Positions 9,646 to 20,084 of a stretch of DNA of 64,000 nucleotides are shown piece after piece. The stretch is from an uncultured Planctomycetota bacterium. GTDB lineage: Bacteria; Planctomycetota; Planctomycetia; Isosphaerales; Isosphaeraceae. The position numbers were made by a program, and so were the translations under genes. The stretch covers positions 3,328,001 to 3,392,000 of the forward strand of contig CAVTTN010000002.1 of NCBI GenBank assembly GCA_963737655.1, written 5' to 3'. The notes under the pieces are model-generated. The model did no database searches. It was not told the origin of the DNA and saw nothing but the letters and a program-made list of their open reading frames with translations. Position 1 is the stretch's first letter; each line of letters begins with the position of its first letter.

Positions 9646-10132
9646 GCGAACCGCCGGGGGGCCCCACCGCCTGGATCGTCCGCGACGCCCGATCGGCCGA
9701 CCGAGACGCGATCCACCGCTTCAGCCTCCGTCTCGCCCTGGAGACCGAAGCCAAGACGCTCGATCCCCGGTTGCTGGCCCGGGGGATCGACGCCGCCCTG
9801 GCCGATCCGGACCGCCTCCGCTTCTGGGTCGCCGAGACCTTCGACGGCCGGGTGATCGGCCAGACGGCCGTGACCCGGGAATGGTCCGACTGGCGGAACG
9901 GCTTCGTCTGGTGGCTTCAAAGCGTCTTCGTGGACGAAGAATGGCGGGGCCAGGGCGTCTTCCGGGCATCTACCGGCACGTCCGCGAGGCCGCCAAGGCT
10001 GGGCCCGACGTCATCGGCCTCCGCCTCTATGTCGAGGACGAGAACCGCCGGGCCCAGCAGACCTATCAAGCCCTGGGGATGCGTCCCGGCGGCTATCACG
10101 TCTACGAGGACCTCTGGCTGTCGGCCCCGTGA
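9642..10132 (+). CDS. GNAT family N-acetyltransferase (frameshift near 9967)
   Basis: LALETEAKTLD and EWSDWRNGFVWWLQSVFV...RGQGVFR, then IYRHV...GLRLYVEDENRRAQQTYQALGM in the next frame. Confidence 0.8.
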
Positions 10133-10158
10133 CCCGGACCGTCGGCGATAACCCGCGG

Positions 10159-11607
10159 TCAGGGCGAACCTGACTGGGAATTCGCGACATCGAGGCAGGC
10201 GGCGAGGATGGTGACGTCGTCGGTCGTCGCGAGGCCGCGGCGGAACTGGCGGAGGCCGTTGCGAAGGTCGTCCACGATCGCCTCGGGCCCCTCTCCGGCC
10301 ATCCAGGCGAGGCGGCCGGCGACTGAATCGATCCCGAGGAGGCGGCCGTCCGGGCCTTCGCACTCGGTCAGGCCGTCGGTAAAAATCAGAAGGCTAGCCT
10401 TCGGGGGCAAGAGGCACTCGCCCCCCTGAAACTGCCACCCCAAAGCCGTTCCGAGCGGAAGGCCGCCGGCCGAGAGGCTCGTCACGCCCTCCGGACCGGC
10501 CAAAAGGATCGGCGGATGACCGGCCAGGGCGTAGCGGAGCGTCCCGGCCCGGGGATCGACCACGCAGGCCGCCGCCGTCACGAAACGGTCGTCGAAGAGG
10601 TCTTCCAGGGAACGATCCAGCCGCCCCAGGAGCCGGGGCAGGTCGTCGGCCTCGGCCAGATAGGCGGCGAGAGTGGCCTTGACCGTCGAGGCCACCAGGG
10701 CCGCCTGAACCCCGTGGCCCATCGCGTCGGCCACGAACAGGAACGTCCGGCCTCCGGACAGGGGGATCACGTCCAGCAGGTCGCCGCCGACTTCCGTGGC
10801 CGGTTCGTAGGACCAGGCGACGCGGAGCCCGGAAAGTGCCATCTCCCGGGGAGGCAAAATCGACCGTTGGACCTGCCCGGCCGTCTTCAGCTCCTCGGCC
10901 TTCCGCTGGAGCTCCTCTCGGAGCCGTCGGGCCGTGCGTTTCAGCTCGTCCTGGGCGCGTTTCAGGGCGGCCTGGGTCGCGAGCCGAGCCTGGAGGATCG
11001 GCATGTCGATGGGCTTGGTGACGTAGTCATTCGCACCCAGGGCCAGGCCCTCGACGATGTCCGACGAATCCCCCCGGCCCGAGACCAGGATCACGGGCAG
11101 GTCGGCCGTCCGGGCTTCGGCCCGGAGCGCCCGGAGCACGTCCAGGCCGGAGAACCCGGGCATCAGGACGTCCATCAGCACGATGTCCGGCATCCTCTCG
11201 GCGATCGCCGAGAGAGCCTGGCGGCCGCCTTCGGCCCCTTCGACCTCATAGCCGAGGCCGCTGAGGCACCGCTCCAGGAGCTCCACATTGACAGGATAAT
11301 CGTCCACCACGAGGACCCGGGCCACGGAACCTCCGGGCTCGGGGGGGATCGCCCACGAGGGCCACGGCGAATCCGCGCCTCCGCCGTCGTTCCCGAAAGG
11401 GGACGAATCGCCGAGACCGGGCGAATTGAGGCGGAGCGGCATCGGTGGTCTCTCGTCACGAGGAGCAGCGTGGCCCGTCCTGGCTCGAAACGCGGGAACG
11501 TCTCGAGCCCGGGGGGCGGGGCCCTCATCCGGGGCGGAGGTTGGCGAGGCGGGCCTGGACGGGGTCGGTTTCGACCCGACGAATGATCTAAGCAATTCCT
11601 GGTCCAA
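10159..11607 (-). CDS. Response regulator receiver + PP2C/SpoIIE phosphatase (start uncertain; 11442 is an alternative)
   Basis: VLVVDD, DIVLMDVLMPG, GANDYVTKP; VGGDLLD, ADAMGHG, AGHPP, FTDGLTE, DDVTIL. Confidence 0.88.
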   Translation of the reverse strand: MDQELLRSFVGSKPTPSRPASPTSAPDEGPAPRARDVPAFRARTGHAAPRDERPPMPLRLNSPGLGDSSPFGNDGGGADSPWPSWAIPPEPGGSVARVLVVDDYPVNVELLERCLSGLGYEVEGAEGGRQALSAIAERMPDIVLMDVLMPGFSGLDVLRALRAEARTADLPVILVSGRGDSSDIVEGLALGANDYVTKPIDMPILQARLATQAALKRAQDELKRTARRLREELQRKAEELKTAGQVQRSILPPREMALSGLRVAWSYEPATEVGGDLLDVIPLSGGRTFLFVADAMGHGVQAALVASTVKATLAAYLAEADDLPRLLGRLDRSLEDLFDDRFVTAAACVVDPRAGTLRYALAGHPPILLAGPEGVTSLSAGGLPLGTALGWQFQGGECLLPPKASLLIFTDGLTECEGPDGRLLGIDSVAGRLAWMAGEGPEAIVDDLRNGLRQFRRGLATTDDVTILAACLDVANSQSGSP

Positions 11608-11658
11608 GACGATTCGGGGCGCCTCCCAGGAAGGAAACCCCGGGCCGGGGAAAACGGA

Positions 11659-12084
11659 TCACCCCGGAGCGGAAAGAATCGCGTCGGCCTCGATCTCCAC
11701 GAGCGCCGCGTCGTCGATCAGTCGGGCGATCTGGACGAGGGTCGTCGCCGGTCGGACCTCGCCGAACACCTCGCCGTGGGCCTGGCCGACCTCCTTCCAT
11801 CGCGAGATGTCCGTCACGAACATCCGCGTCCGCACCACGTCCTCGGCCGACCCGCCCAGCGCCTCGATCGCCGCGACGACGATCGCCAGGGCCCGGCGGG
11901 ATTGGTCCAGGAGACTCGGGGCGAACGAGCCGTCGGCCTCCAGGCCCACGCAGCCGGTCACCGCGATGGTGTCGCCGACGCGGACCGCCCTCGAATAGCC
12001 GACGATCGGCTCCCACGGCGAGCCGGTGGAGGCCCGGGACCGGCCGTTCCGTTCCGAGACCGTCACGTGAACATCCGCGGCCAT
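11659..12084 (-). CDS. RidA/YjgF family protein
   Basis: WEPIVGYSRAVRVG, VVRTRMFVTDI, RPATTLV, VEIEADA. Confidence 0.9.
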   Translation of the reverse strand: MAADVHVTVSERNGRSRASTGSPWEPIVGYSRAVRVGDTIAVTGCVGLEADGSFAPSLLDQSRRALAIVVAAIEALGGSAEDVVRTRMFVTDISRWKEVGQAHGEVFGEVRPATTLVQIARLIDDAALVEIEADAILSAPG

Positions 12085-12232
12085 GAATCCCTCGGTCGAG
12101 TGGTTGTGGGGAAGGGAGCTCGGGTCGGACGGACCGCGTGCGGCGATTGCCCCGGGTCCGTCCTCCTCTGTAGGATGGAACCCGTCGGCCCGAGGGGCCT
12201 CTCCATCCTAACCCGCGAATCGGGGGCATGCC

Positions 12233-12565
12233 GTGGCCGAGTACCAGACCCAGATTGAAGACGTGAAGACCGGCGCCGGTCCTGCCGCCAAGGCCGGGGA
12301 TTCGGTGTCGGTCCACTACGTCGGCACTTTGACCGACGGCTCGAAGTTCGACAGCTCGCGAGACCGGGGCCGTCCGTTCTCGTTCGGGCTGGGCCAGGGG
12401 CAAGTCATCGCCGGCTGGGACAACGGCGTGGCCGGCATGCAGGTCGGCGGGGTCCGCAAGCTCACCATCCCGCCCGAGGAAGGCTACGGAGCCCGCGGAG
12501 CGGGCGGCGTGATCCCGCCCAACGCCACCCTCATCTTCGAGGTCGAATTGCTGGGGATCGGATGA
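12233..12565 (+). CDS. FKBP-type peptidyl-prolyl isomerase
   Basis: [46 protein letters not shown]. Confidence 0.95.
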   Translation: MAEYQTQIEDVKTGAGPAAKAGDSVSVHYVGTLTDGSKFDSSRDRGRPFSFGLGQGQVIAGWDNGVAGMQVGGVRKLTIPPEEGYGARGAGGVIPPNATLIFEVELLGIG

Positions 12566-12972
12566 CCGAAGCGGACCTGGCGAGCCTGGCAAGGCCGCTC
12601 CACGCCCGGGCCGCCGGCCTCTGGCGGGTCGAGGCCGATCAACTCGTCCGGGAGGCGTTCTGGGCGACTGCCGAGATGCCCGCCGACGTCGCCCGCGCGT
12701 TCGAATCGGCCACTCGGTCCGTCCCCCGGGCCGCCGGGGAACTGGCGATCGTCCGGGCATCGACACTGGGTGAGCCGGTCGAATCGATCGCGGAGGAATT
12801 GCCGGAGGACGCCGGCTCCGGCTACTGGCTCCGGCGGTTTGGCGCGAGGCGGTCGGTCGCGGTGCCAGTCTCGGGATTCGTCCTCTCCGTGGCCCTTCCG
12901 GACTTGGACCCTCCGGCGCAAGAGGTCGTCGATCGGCTCCAGGAGGCGTTCTCGAAGGGGTCCAGGTCGTGA
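12562..12972 (+). CDS. Hypothetical protein, possibly GAF-like
   Basis: ATGA overlap with the FKBP gene; [11 protein letters not shown] resembles a GAF strand. Confidence 0.55.
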   Translation: MTEADLASLARPLHARAAGLWRVEADQLVREAFWATAEMPADVARAFESATRSVPRAAGELAIVRASTLGEPVESIAEELPEDAGSGYWLRRFGARRSVAVPVSGFVLSVALPDLDPPAQEVVDRLQEAFSKGSRS

Positions 12973-13103
12973 GGGCCCCGGTCCCGCCGATCCGCTCGGA
13001 GGAACCGGCCGGTTTCGTCGATGTCGGACTGGCATTGCGTTCGCTCCCGCCGCACAATGGGAGAGTGGGTGCTCGCTCCGGGGAGAGGCGGTGACGCTCG
13101 ACG

Positions 13104-16100
13104 ATGGTAGCCGACTTCTACACGATCCTCGGCGTCGATCCCTCGGCGGACCGCGCGACCATCGAGGCGGCCCTGGCCCGGAGCCAGCCGGTCTGGTCCT
13201 CGGGCACACGCAACCCGAAAAACAAGCATACGTTCCAATCGTATCTCGACCAGATCCCCGAGATCCGCAAGAAGCTCCTCGGCGACCCGACCGAACGGGC
13301 CTCGTACGACGCCGAACTCGCCTCCGGCCGCCGGGCCGAGCGAGACCGGAAGCTCGATGAGCTCCACCGACTGGTCCGACTCCGCGCCGCCAAGGGCGGC
13401 CTGACCGTCTCCGACCGAAGCCTGTTGCGGGGCGAGGCCGACCGCCTGGGACTGGCAAAGGACGACCTCGACCGTCTCGCCGAACCCTATCCGCCGATGC
13501 CCGAGCCGCCCTCGGACGACGAGGCGCCGAGCCGAGCCGGACGTGATCGACGCGGCCCAGAGGAAGCAGATCCGGGTGGCCCTGGACCACCTCCGCCGCC
13601 GCGACCTGTACGACGTCCTGGGCCTGGGCCGGGACGCCCCCTCCTCCGAGATCGTCCGGATGGCCGATGCCGAGCGGCAGGTCTGGATGAGGAAGTCGCA
13701 GGTCACGGCCGAAAAGACCGCGTGGCTGGAGGCGATCTCCTACGCCCAGTCCCACCTCTCGGCCCCCGCGAGCCGGGCCCGCTACGATCGGACCCTTGCG
13801 TTGGAGTCCGAGGAGAGGTTCGCCTCGGCCATCGAGTTCTCGATCCAGGGGACGACCAGCCTCGCGCCCGGGACTCGCGCCTACCTCCGAGACGAGGCCG
13901 CGGCGCTCGGGATCTTGCCCGACCGGGCCGATCGGCTGATCGACCGCTCCTGTCGGAGTCGCGGGATCGCTCGGACCGGGCCGTCTCCGAACGGATCGGC
14001 GTCGGTCGTCCCCGGGCGGCAGCTTCGGTGCCGGTCCTGCGGCGGCCTCACGGCATTCGAGGAGGCGTCGAGGACGGCCGCCTCGTCGCTCTGCCGCCAT
14101 TGCGGAGCGTCTCTCCGGTGGAATTGCCCGGTCTGCCAGAGGGCCCGGTGGGCCGACGAATCGCGGTGCGCCTGCGGGTTCCCCCAGGAATGGGCCGAGC
14201 CCCTGGTCCGTCATTTCGAGGCCGCGCAGCACGCCCACAAGGTCCGCGACTTCGCCGGGGCGCTGGAGCACCTGCGACGGGTCCAGGAGTTCGCGCCGAA
14301 GCACGTCGGCGCGAGGAAGGCGATCGAGAAGGTCAAGGAACGCCTGGCGGAGATCGACGCCGCCCGATCGGCGTTCGAGACGGAGAAGGCCCGCAAGCAC
14401 CTCGTCGCGGCCCGGGCCGCCCTGGGGGCGTGGGGACGTTTGGTCGATCCGACCGAGCCCGACCTGAAGGCGGCCCAGGCCCAGGTGGTTTCCGGCCTCC
14501 GGGAAGCCCTGTTCCTCGCGGCGAAGGCCAAGGCGCTGGCCTCGGCCGACCCCAAGGCCGCCGTGACGATCTATCGCCAGAGCCTGGCCATCGCGGCCGA
14601 CCTGGCCGAGGCCCGCGAAGGCCTCCGGCTCTGCCCGCCCGAGGCCCCGGCGAACCTCAAGGCGGAGGTCGCCGAGGACCGCGTTCGCCTCCGATGGTCG
14701 GCCCCGCCCGACGACGGCCTCGGGCCTCCGCTTTATCGGGTCGTCCGCAACCGAGGGAACGTCCCCAATGGGCCGACCGATGGCGCCGTCCTGGGCGAGG
14801 TGGCCGCCCCGGAGTTCGAGGACGCGACCGTCACTCCGGGGGATGCCGTCGGCTATGCCGTGTTCGCGACCCAAGGGGGCGTCGCCTCGCTCCGGGGGGC
14901 CGCGTTCGGCCCGATGACCGTCCTGGCCGACGTCCGAGAGGCCCGCGCCGAGGCCCAGAGCGGCGAGGTCGTGCTTTCCTGGATCGTGCCCACCGGCGCG
15001 CTCGACGTGAAGGTAATCCGCAAGGTCGGGTCGCCCCCGACCGGCCCGGACGACGGCGACCCGGTGCCGTCGCTCCGAACCGGGGCCGTGGATCGCGGGC
15101 TCAAGGACGATCAGGTCTATCATTATGGGATTTACGCACGATACCGGACCTCCGAAGGTCGGATCGCGGCGTCTCGCGGGGCGCTCGTCTCGGCTCTGCC
15201 CACCACCCCGGTCGCGACCATCCTGGAGCCGAGCCTCGGCCGCGAGGCGGACGGCCGCGTTCGGATCTCCTGGAGCCGGCCGGAAAAGGGCCAGGTGAAA
15301 ATCCTTCGGACCCCCAGGCCGCTGCCCCTGGTGCCCGGGGATCGGATCCTCTCGGGCAAGCTCGACGCCTCCGAGGGCCTCTGGCTCCCCCGATCGGCGC
15401 CGGATCACGCCTTCGACGCCCATCCGCCCGAGATGGGCGTCTGCCACTACTCGGCCTTCATCGCCTGGGCCGGCGGCCTGACGGTGGGGCGCTCGGTCGC
15501 GTTCTCGAACGTGCCCGATCCGAGCGACCTCCGCGCGGTCCGCTCGGCGAAGGATGGCCGGGTCAAGCTCCGGTGGCGGTGGAGCCCTCAGGGAGGCCGA
15601 TCGCTCCTCGTGGCGAAGGCGGGAAGCTTCCCCACCGGCCCCGACGACCCCCTGGCCCGCAAGGAATTCGTCGAGGAGGGGGATTACAGCCGGGACGGCT
15701 GGCACGCCCTGACCCTCCCGGCCTCCGACTCCGGCCCCTGGCACATCGCGGTCTTCAGCGTGGCCGAAGTCGCGGGCCAATCGGTCGTCTCGCCCGGGAT
15801 CGACGCGACATCCCGGACCGTCGTGCCCGGACCCAACGCCGAGGTGGTCGTCTCCTACCGCCTGATCCCGCCGAAATTGCTCGGCCGAGACTGGGCGATC
15901 GCCTTCCAGACCCGCCCCGCCGGCGCGGTGATCCCGGCGACGGTCCTGGTCACGCATGCCCGGACCGTCCCGCTCTCGGCCGACGATGGCGAGGTCGTCG
16001 CGAGGTTTCCCACCAGCCGGGACGGCGCCCGTTTTTCGATCCGTCCCACGTCCCCGGCCCTCCACCGAGGGCGGGCCCGGATCTTCGCCGACCCGATGGC

Positions 16101-16164
16101 GGACCCGGGGAGCCTGTCCGCCCTCCGAATCCGCCATCCGGAAGCCGACGGGACGCGCGTCTAG
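13104..16164 (+). CDS. Large multidomain protein: two degenerate J-like domains, Zn ribbons, TPR-like helices, FN3 repeats (frameshift near 13535)
   Basis: DFYTILGVDPSA...ERASYDAEL and DLYDVLGLGRDA...RARYDRTL; CRSC/CRHC/CPVC/CAC; VRLRWSAP, VVLSW, VRISWSRP, VKLRWRW. ORFs from 13104 and 13543 join by one indel. Confidence 0.75.
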
Positions 16165-16195
16165 GAACCATTCCCCCGGCGCGTCCCAGGGATCG

Positions 16196-16693
16196 CTACC
16201 CGGCCCGTCGGTGCGAGGGCCGTCGCCGTCTCGGGGCGATCGGCTCGGCGAACCGGGCGCGGATGGGGTGCTCGATCGCCTCGAAGTCGCGATAGCGAAG
16301 CCGCAGGCCCTCGTGGCGGGTATTCCCCTCGATCAGGATCTCGCTGCCGCCGGAGAGGCTCGCGTCCACGAACGTGCGGAGGCCGTAAAGCGTCCCGAAC
16401 GGCGGGACGGCCCCGAGCTCGCAATCCCCGAAGACGCTCTCCAGCTCGGCCTCGGTGGCGATGGCCACGTCGGTGGTGCCGAGCACGGCGGCGAGCTTCG
16501 CCGGGTCGATCCGGTGGGTCGCGGGGAGGACCGTCAGGGCGAAACCCGGACCGATCCTCACCAAAACCGCCTTCGCCACCCGGCCCCCCGCCACATGGAC
16601 GCTCTGGGCCCGCCTCGCCGCCGAGGGCGACGGGCTATGCAGCAGCGTTTCGAACGGCACATGGCAGCTGCGGAGGAACTCGCGGATCATCAT
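16196..16693 (-). CDS. YbaK/ProX family aminoacyl-tRNA deacylase
   Basis: VAKAVLV, FGDCELGAVPPFG, GNTRH. Confidence 0.88.
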   Translation of the reverse strand: MMIREFLRSCHVPFETLLHSPSPSAARRAQSVHVAGGRVAKAVLVRIGPGFALTVLPATHRIDPAKLAAVLGTTDVAIATEAELESVFGDCELGAVPPFGTLYGLRTFVDASLSGGSEILIEGNTRHEGLRLRYRDFEAIEHPIRARFAEPIAPRRRRPSHRRAG

Positions 16694-16799
16694 CGCTGGA
16701 CCTCACTCGATGCGGAACCGGGGTGGTACTTCCATTATAATCCAATTGGGAAGTCTGGGAAGATTGGGTAAGAAAATTCGATGCCGAGCCGGTCCGATT

Positions 16800-16828
16800 T
16801 TGAGGAACTTGACCCTTCCGTATATAGT
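16800..16828 (+). promoter_or_regulatory. Putative sigma70 promoter of rnpB
   Basis: TTGAGG (16800-16805), 17 bp, TATAGT (16823-16828), 6 bp upstream of the predicted RNA 5' end. Confidence 0.6.
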
Positions 16829-16834
16829 ATGAGC

Positions 16835-17277
16835 GGTCGCGGCGGTCGGGACGGCCGCCTCGGGTTTTTTCGTTGCCGAAAGGGAACGACTCGGCCCGGG
16901 GAGGAAAGTCCGGACTTCGCAGGGCGGGGTGGTGGGTAACGCCCACCGTCCGGTTTCGACCGGGTAGGGACAGTGCCACAGAAAACAGACCGCCTCTCGG
17001 GTCGTTCGACGGCCCGGGGGGTAAGGGTGAAACGGTGAGGTAAGAGCTCACCAGCGGGGGGGGCGACCCCTTCGGCTCGGTAAACCCCACCCGGAGCAAG
17101 GCCAAATAGGGGAGGAGCGTCGTCGTCCTCCGGGGCGCGACGCGCGGGTCGGCCCGGCCCGCCACTACTCCCGGGTAGGCCGCACGAGGCGGCGAGCAAT
17201 CGCCGTCCCAGAGAAATGGCCGTCCGGGGATCGTTCGCGATCCTCGACAGAATCCGGCTTATACGGCCGTCGCGACC
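16835..17277 (+). ncRNA. rnpB: RNase P RNA, bacterial type A
   Basis: GAGGAAAGTCCGG, AGTGCCACAGAAAA, GGGTGAAACGG, GGTAAACCCC..GAGCAAG, ACAGAATCCGGCTTAT; 5' GGTCGCGGCGGTCG pairs with 3' CGGCCGTCGCGACC (P1). Confidence 0.97.
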
Positions 17278-17485
17278 TCCAAACTTCCCGATCTCGCCAC
17301 GATCGGCAATCCTACGCCTTAAACACGAACCCCGAGGACGGAACCCGTGCCCCCCGAGCCGTTTCCGAGGTATCCATCTTCCGGAACCAGAGGGGGCCGG
17401 TTCGGGCATCGACCTTCAAGTTGACCGTCTCGGGGATTTCGACTAAAGTTCGCGCGATCCGACGGCCAGAGCCCGTCGGAGGGTC

Positions 17486-17923
17486 ATGGGACAGGGAGGC
17501 CCCGTGGCGATCAGATCGCGATTGGCGGCGGTGCTGCTCCTCGTGGCCGGAGGCCCGGGGTGCTCGCTGGCGCCGAAGAACTTCAAGGCGATCGCCAACC
17601 CGGCCCCCCTGGTCCGGGCCCGGGCCATCCCCCTGGGCCGGGGGCTGCCCTCGGCGGTGGTCGTGCCGTCGCTGATTAACCGGCTGGAAGACCGGGATCA
17701 GGTCGTCCGGCTCGCCGCGATCGAGGAGCTTCGCCGACGGACCGGCCAGGACCTGGGATTCGTCCCCTATGCCGATCCGGCCGACCGGGCCGCAGCCGTG
17801 GCCCGATGGCGCGAGTGGTGGAAGGGACAGCCGCCGACCCTCATGACTCGTCGCAAGCGGAAGCGGCTTTCGCCGAGCCCGCAGTCGATCCAGGCCCTGG
17901 ATGGCCCGGAGGCCGCCCGATGA
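17486..17923 (+). CDS. HEAT-repeat lipoprotein (GTG at 17504 is a likely alternative start)
   Basis: Hydrophobic stretch ending in Cys (LAAVLLLVAGGPGC); LINRLEDRDQVVRLAAIEEL HEAT repeat; WREWW. Confidence 0.7.
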   Translation: MGQGGPVAIRSRLAAVLLLVAGGPGCSLAPKNFKAIANPAPLVRARAIPLGRGLPSAVVVPSLINRLEDRDQVVRLAAIEELRRRTGQDLGFVPYADPADRAAAVARWREWWKGQPPTLMTRRKRKRLSPSPQSIQALDGPEAAR

Positions 17924-18783
17924 GCCTTGCCGCGCCGACCGAAACGCCGGTCCGGTTCCCGATCCCGGGACTCGGCCTGCTCGCGGACCTGGGAGGGATC
18001 GCCGGCCTCGCCTTGAAGGCCGCCGGTTCGATCTTCCGACGCGGGGGCGGCCCTCCTCTGCTTGGCGCCGTCGCGGGCCACGCCTCGTGGATGATCGGGA
18101 TGGGCCTGCCCCTGGTGGCCCTGGTCCACCTCTCGATGGGCTCCTTCCTGGCGATGCAGGCATTCTTCGGGGCGACGTTCACCGAGGCCGCCGGGCCGGT
18201 CGTCGGGCTCGGCCTGCTGAGGAATCTCGCGCCCCTGGTCACCGGCTTCGTCCTGGCGGGCCTGATCGCCGCCAAGGTGACGACCGACCTGGCCGGGGGG
18301 CCTCGTCCGGGGCTCGACGATCCCCGGACGGTCCCCGACCGCGACGTGAGCCTCGGGCTCCGGCCCGACGACCGCCCGTTCGCCGGCGCCGGCCGGCTTG
18401 CCCTCTCCCGCATCCTCGCCGCGGCGCTCGCCGGGCCGACCCTGACGATGGTGGGGGCCGTCTCCGGCACGCTGATGGGGCTGGTCGTCAGCCGGTCGAT
18501 GGTCGGGCTCTCGCCGTCGATCTTCGTCGGCAAGTTCGTCGAGATGCTGCTGACGGCCGACGTCGTGGGCGTGGTCGTCAAGGGGGCGGGATTCGCGGGG
18601 ATGGCGGCCCTCCTGGCCAGCTTCGAGGGGCTTCGGGCCCCGAGGCAAGGGGTGCCGAACCCGCATCGTGCCGCGGTCCGGGCGATCGTGGCGATCCTGT
18701 TCCTGAACTTCACCTGGTTCAACCTGGTCTACCTCGCCGGCGACCCGTTCGGTCCGATCGTGACCGCGAGCCCGGCCGGATGA
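17920..18783 (+). CDS. MlaE-family ABC permease
   Basis: Multiple TM helices; GLGLLRNLAPLVTGFVLAG resembles the MlaE R-E-L-G-P motif; adjacent to an MCE gene. Confidence 0.75.
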   Translation: MSLAAPTETPVRFPIPGLGLLADLGGIAGLALKAAGSIFRRGGGPPLLGAVAGHASWMIGMGLPLVALVHLSMGSFLAMQAFFGATFTEAAGPVVGLGLLRNLAPLVTGFVLAGLIAAKVTTDLAGGPRPGLDDPRTVPDRDVSLGLRPDDRPFAGAGRLALSRILAAALAGPTLTMVGAVSGTLMGLVVSRSMVGLSPSIFVGKFVEMLLTADVVGVVVKGAGFAGMAALLASFEGLRAPRQGVPNPHRAAVRAIVAILFLNFTWFNLVYLAGDPFGPIVTASPAG

Positions 18784-18799
18784 GGGAGGGAGAGCCATC

Positions 18800-20065
18800 A
18801 TGAGCCGCTCGTCGGGTCGAGAGATCGCCGCCGGGGCCGTCGTCCTGCTGGCCGTAGCGGCCCTGGGGGCGTTGCTGTCCCTGGCCGCCGGTGGGCCCGG
18901 ATTCCTCGCGTCGAAGAGGACGATCGACGTCATCTTCCGGGACGGCCAGGGCATCCGGGTCGGCTCTCCCGTCCGCGTCGCCGGGATCGAGACCGGCCGG
19001 GTCACGTCGATCGAGCTCGCGGAGGTCGAGGAGGCGCTGCGGGCGAGGGTCCGCCTGGCGATCCCGACCTCCCTGGCCGCCAAGCTCCGCCAGGACGTGA
19101 AGGTGGCCGTCCAGAGCGGCCTGACCGGCCAGAGTTGCATCAACATCGTCTCCTCGGGCAAGTCGAGCGTGGCCCTGGTGCCCGGCCAGTTGGTCCTGGG
19201 GGTCGAATCCTCGTTCTTCGACCCGGTCCTGGAGCAAGTGGGCCTCGGGCCGGTCGAGCGGAGCCACCTGAGCCACACCATCGCCGAGGTCCGGCAGACG
19301 GTGGATGCGGTCGGGCCGAAGCTCCGCGGGACCCTGGCGTCCCTCCAGGAAGCCGCCTCCGGGCTGAATGAGACGGTCGAGGCCGCCAAGCCCAAGCTCC
19401 TGGCCACCGCCGAGCACGTCGAGGTCGTCACCGGGAAGCTCGAAGCGGCGAAGATCGAGGACACGATCGCCACCCTGCAAAACGCGATCGCCCAGGCCGA
19501 CGCCCTCCTCAAGGACACCCGGCCGAAGCTGGGCGCGACCCTGGCCAGCGTGGCCGAGCTCAGCGGGACCGTCAACGAGGTCGTCAAGGCCGAGAAGCCG
19601 AAGGTGGACGTCCTCCTGGACGGCCTGAACGGCACCCGAGGCCGGGCCGACCGCGCCCTGGCGAACGTCGAGGCCATGACCGGCGACGGCGCCGCGATCC
19701 TGGCCAAGAATCGCGGGAACATCGAGCGCGTGATGCTCAACGCCAAGGACGCCAGCGACTTCGGCGTGAAACTCGTCCAGAAGCTCCTGGCCAACCCGTT
19801 CTATCTGAGCCCATTCTACAAGCCCACGGCGGCCGACCTCCGCGCCCAGGACATCTATGACTCGGCCAATGTGTACATGACCGGGGCCAAGGAGCTCATG
19901 GACGCGGTGAAGTCCCTGGAGGCGATGCAGAAACGGACGACCATGAACAACGACGACCGGCGCGCCTATAAACTGTTGTTCGAACGTGCCTGGGAATTGA
20001 CCGGCTCCTTGAAGCAGACCCAGGTGAAGCTCTCCGAGGGGCTGAACACGCCCACCCGGCGATAA
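18800..20065 (+). CDS. MlaD/MCE family protein with long helical C-terminus
   Basis: N-terminal TM; FRDGQGIRVGSPVRVAGIETGRV; SGLTGQSCINI. Confidence 0.88.
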   Translation: MSRSSGREIAAGAVVLLAVAALGALLSLAAGGPGFLASKRTIDVIFRDGQGIRVGSPVRVAGIETGRVTSIELAEVEEALRARVRLAIPTSLAAKLRQDVKVAVQSGLTGQSCINIVSSGKSSVALVPGQLVLGVESSFFDPVLEQVGLGPVERSHLSHTIAEVRQTVDAVGPKLRGTLASLQEAASGLNETVEAAKPKLLATAEHVEVVTGKLEAAKIEDTIATLQNAIAQADALLKDTRPKLGATLASVAELSGTVNEVVKAEKPKVDVLLDGLNGTRGRADRALANVEAMTGDGAAILAKNRGNIERVMLNAKDASDFGVKLVQKLLANPFYLSPFYKPTAADLRAQDIYDSANVYMTGAKELMDAVKSLEAMQKRTTMNNDDRRAYKLLFERAWELTGSLKQTQVKLSEGLNTPTRR

Positions 20066-20084
20066 GACCGGGGTGCGATTCCCC

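Noticed and set aside
12484..16137. Very long antisense or alternate-frame ORFs (e.g. 12484-16137 -, 51294-54080 +, 55614-58013 -, 37966-40278 -)
   Set aside because: Shadow ORFs expected in high-GC DNA; Arg/Gly/Pro-rich with no motifs, and they overlap well-supported genes.
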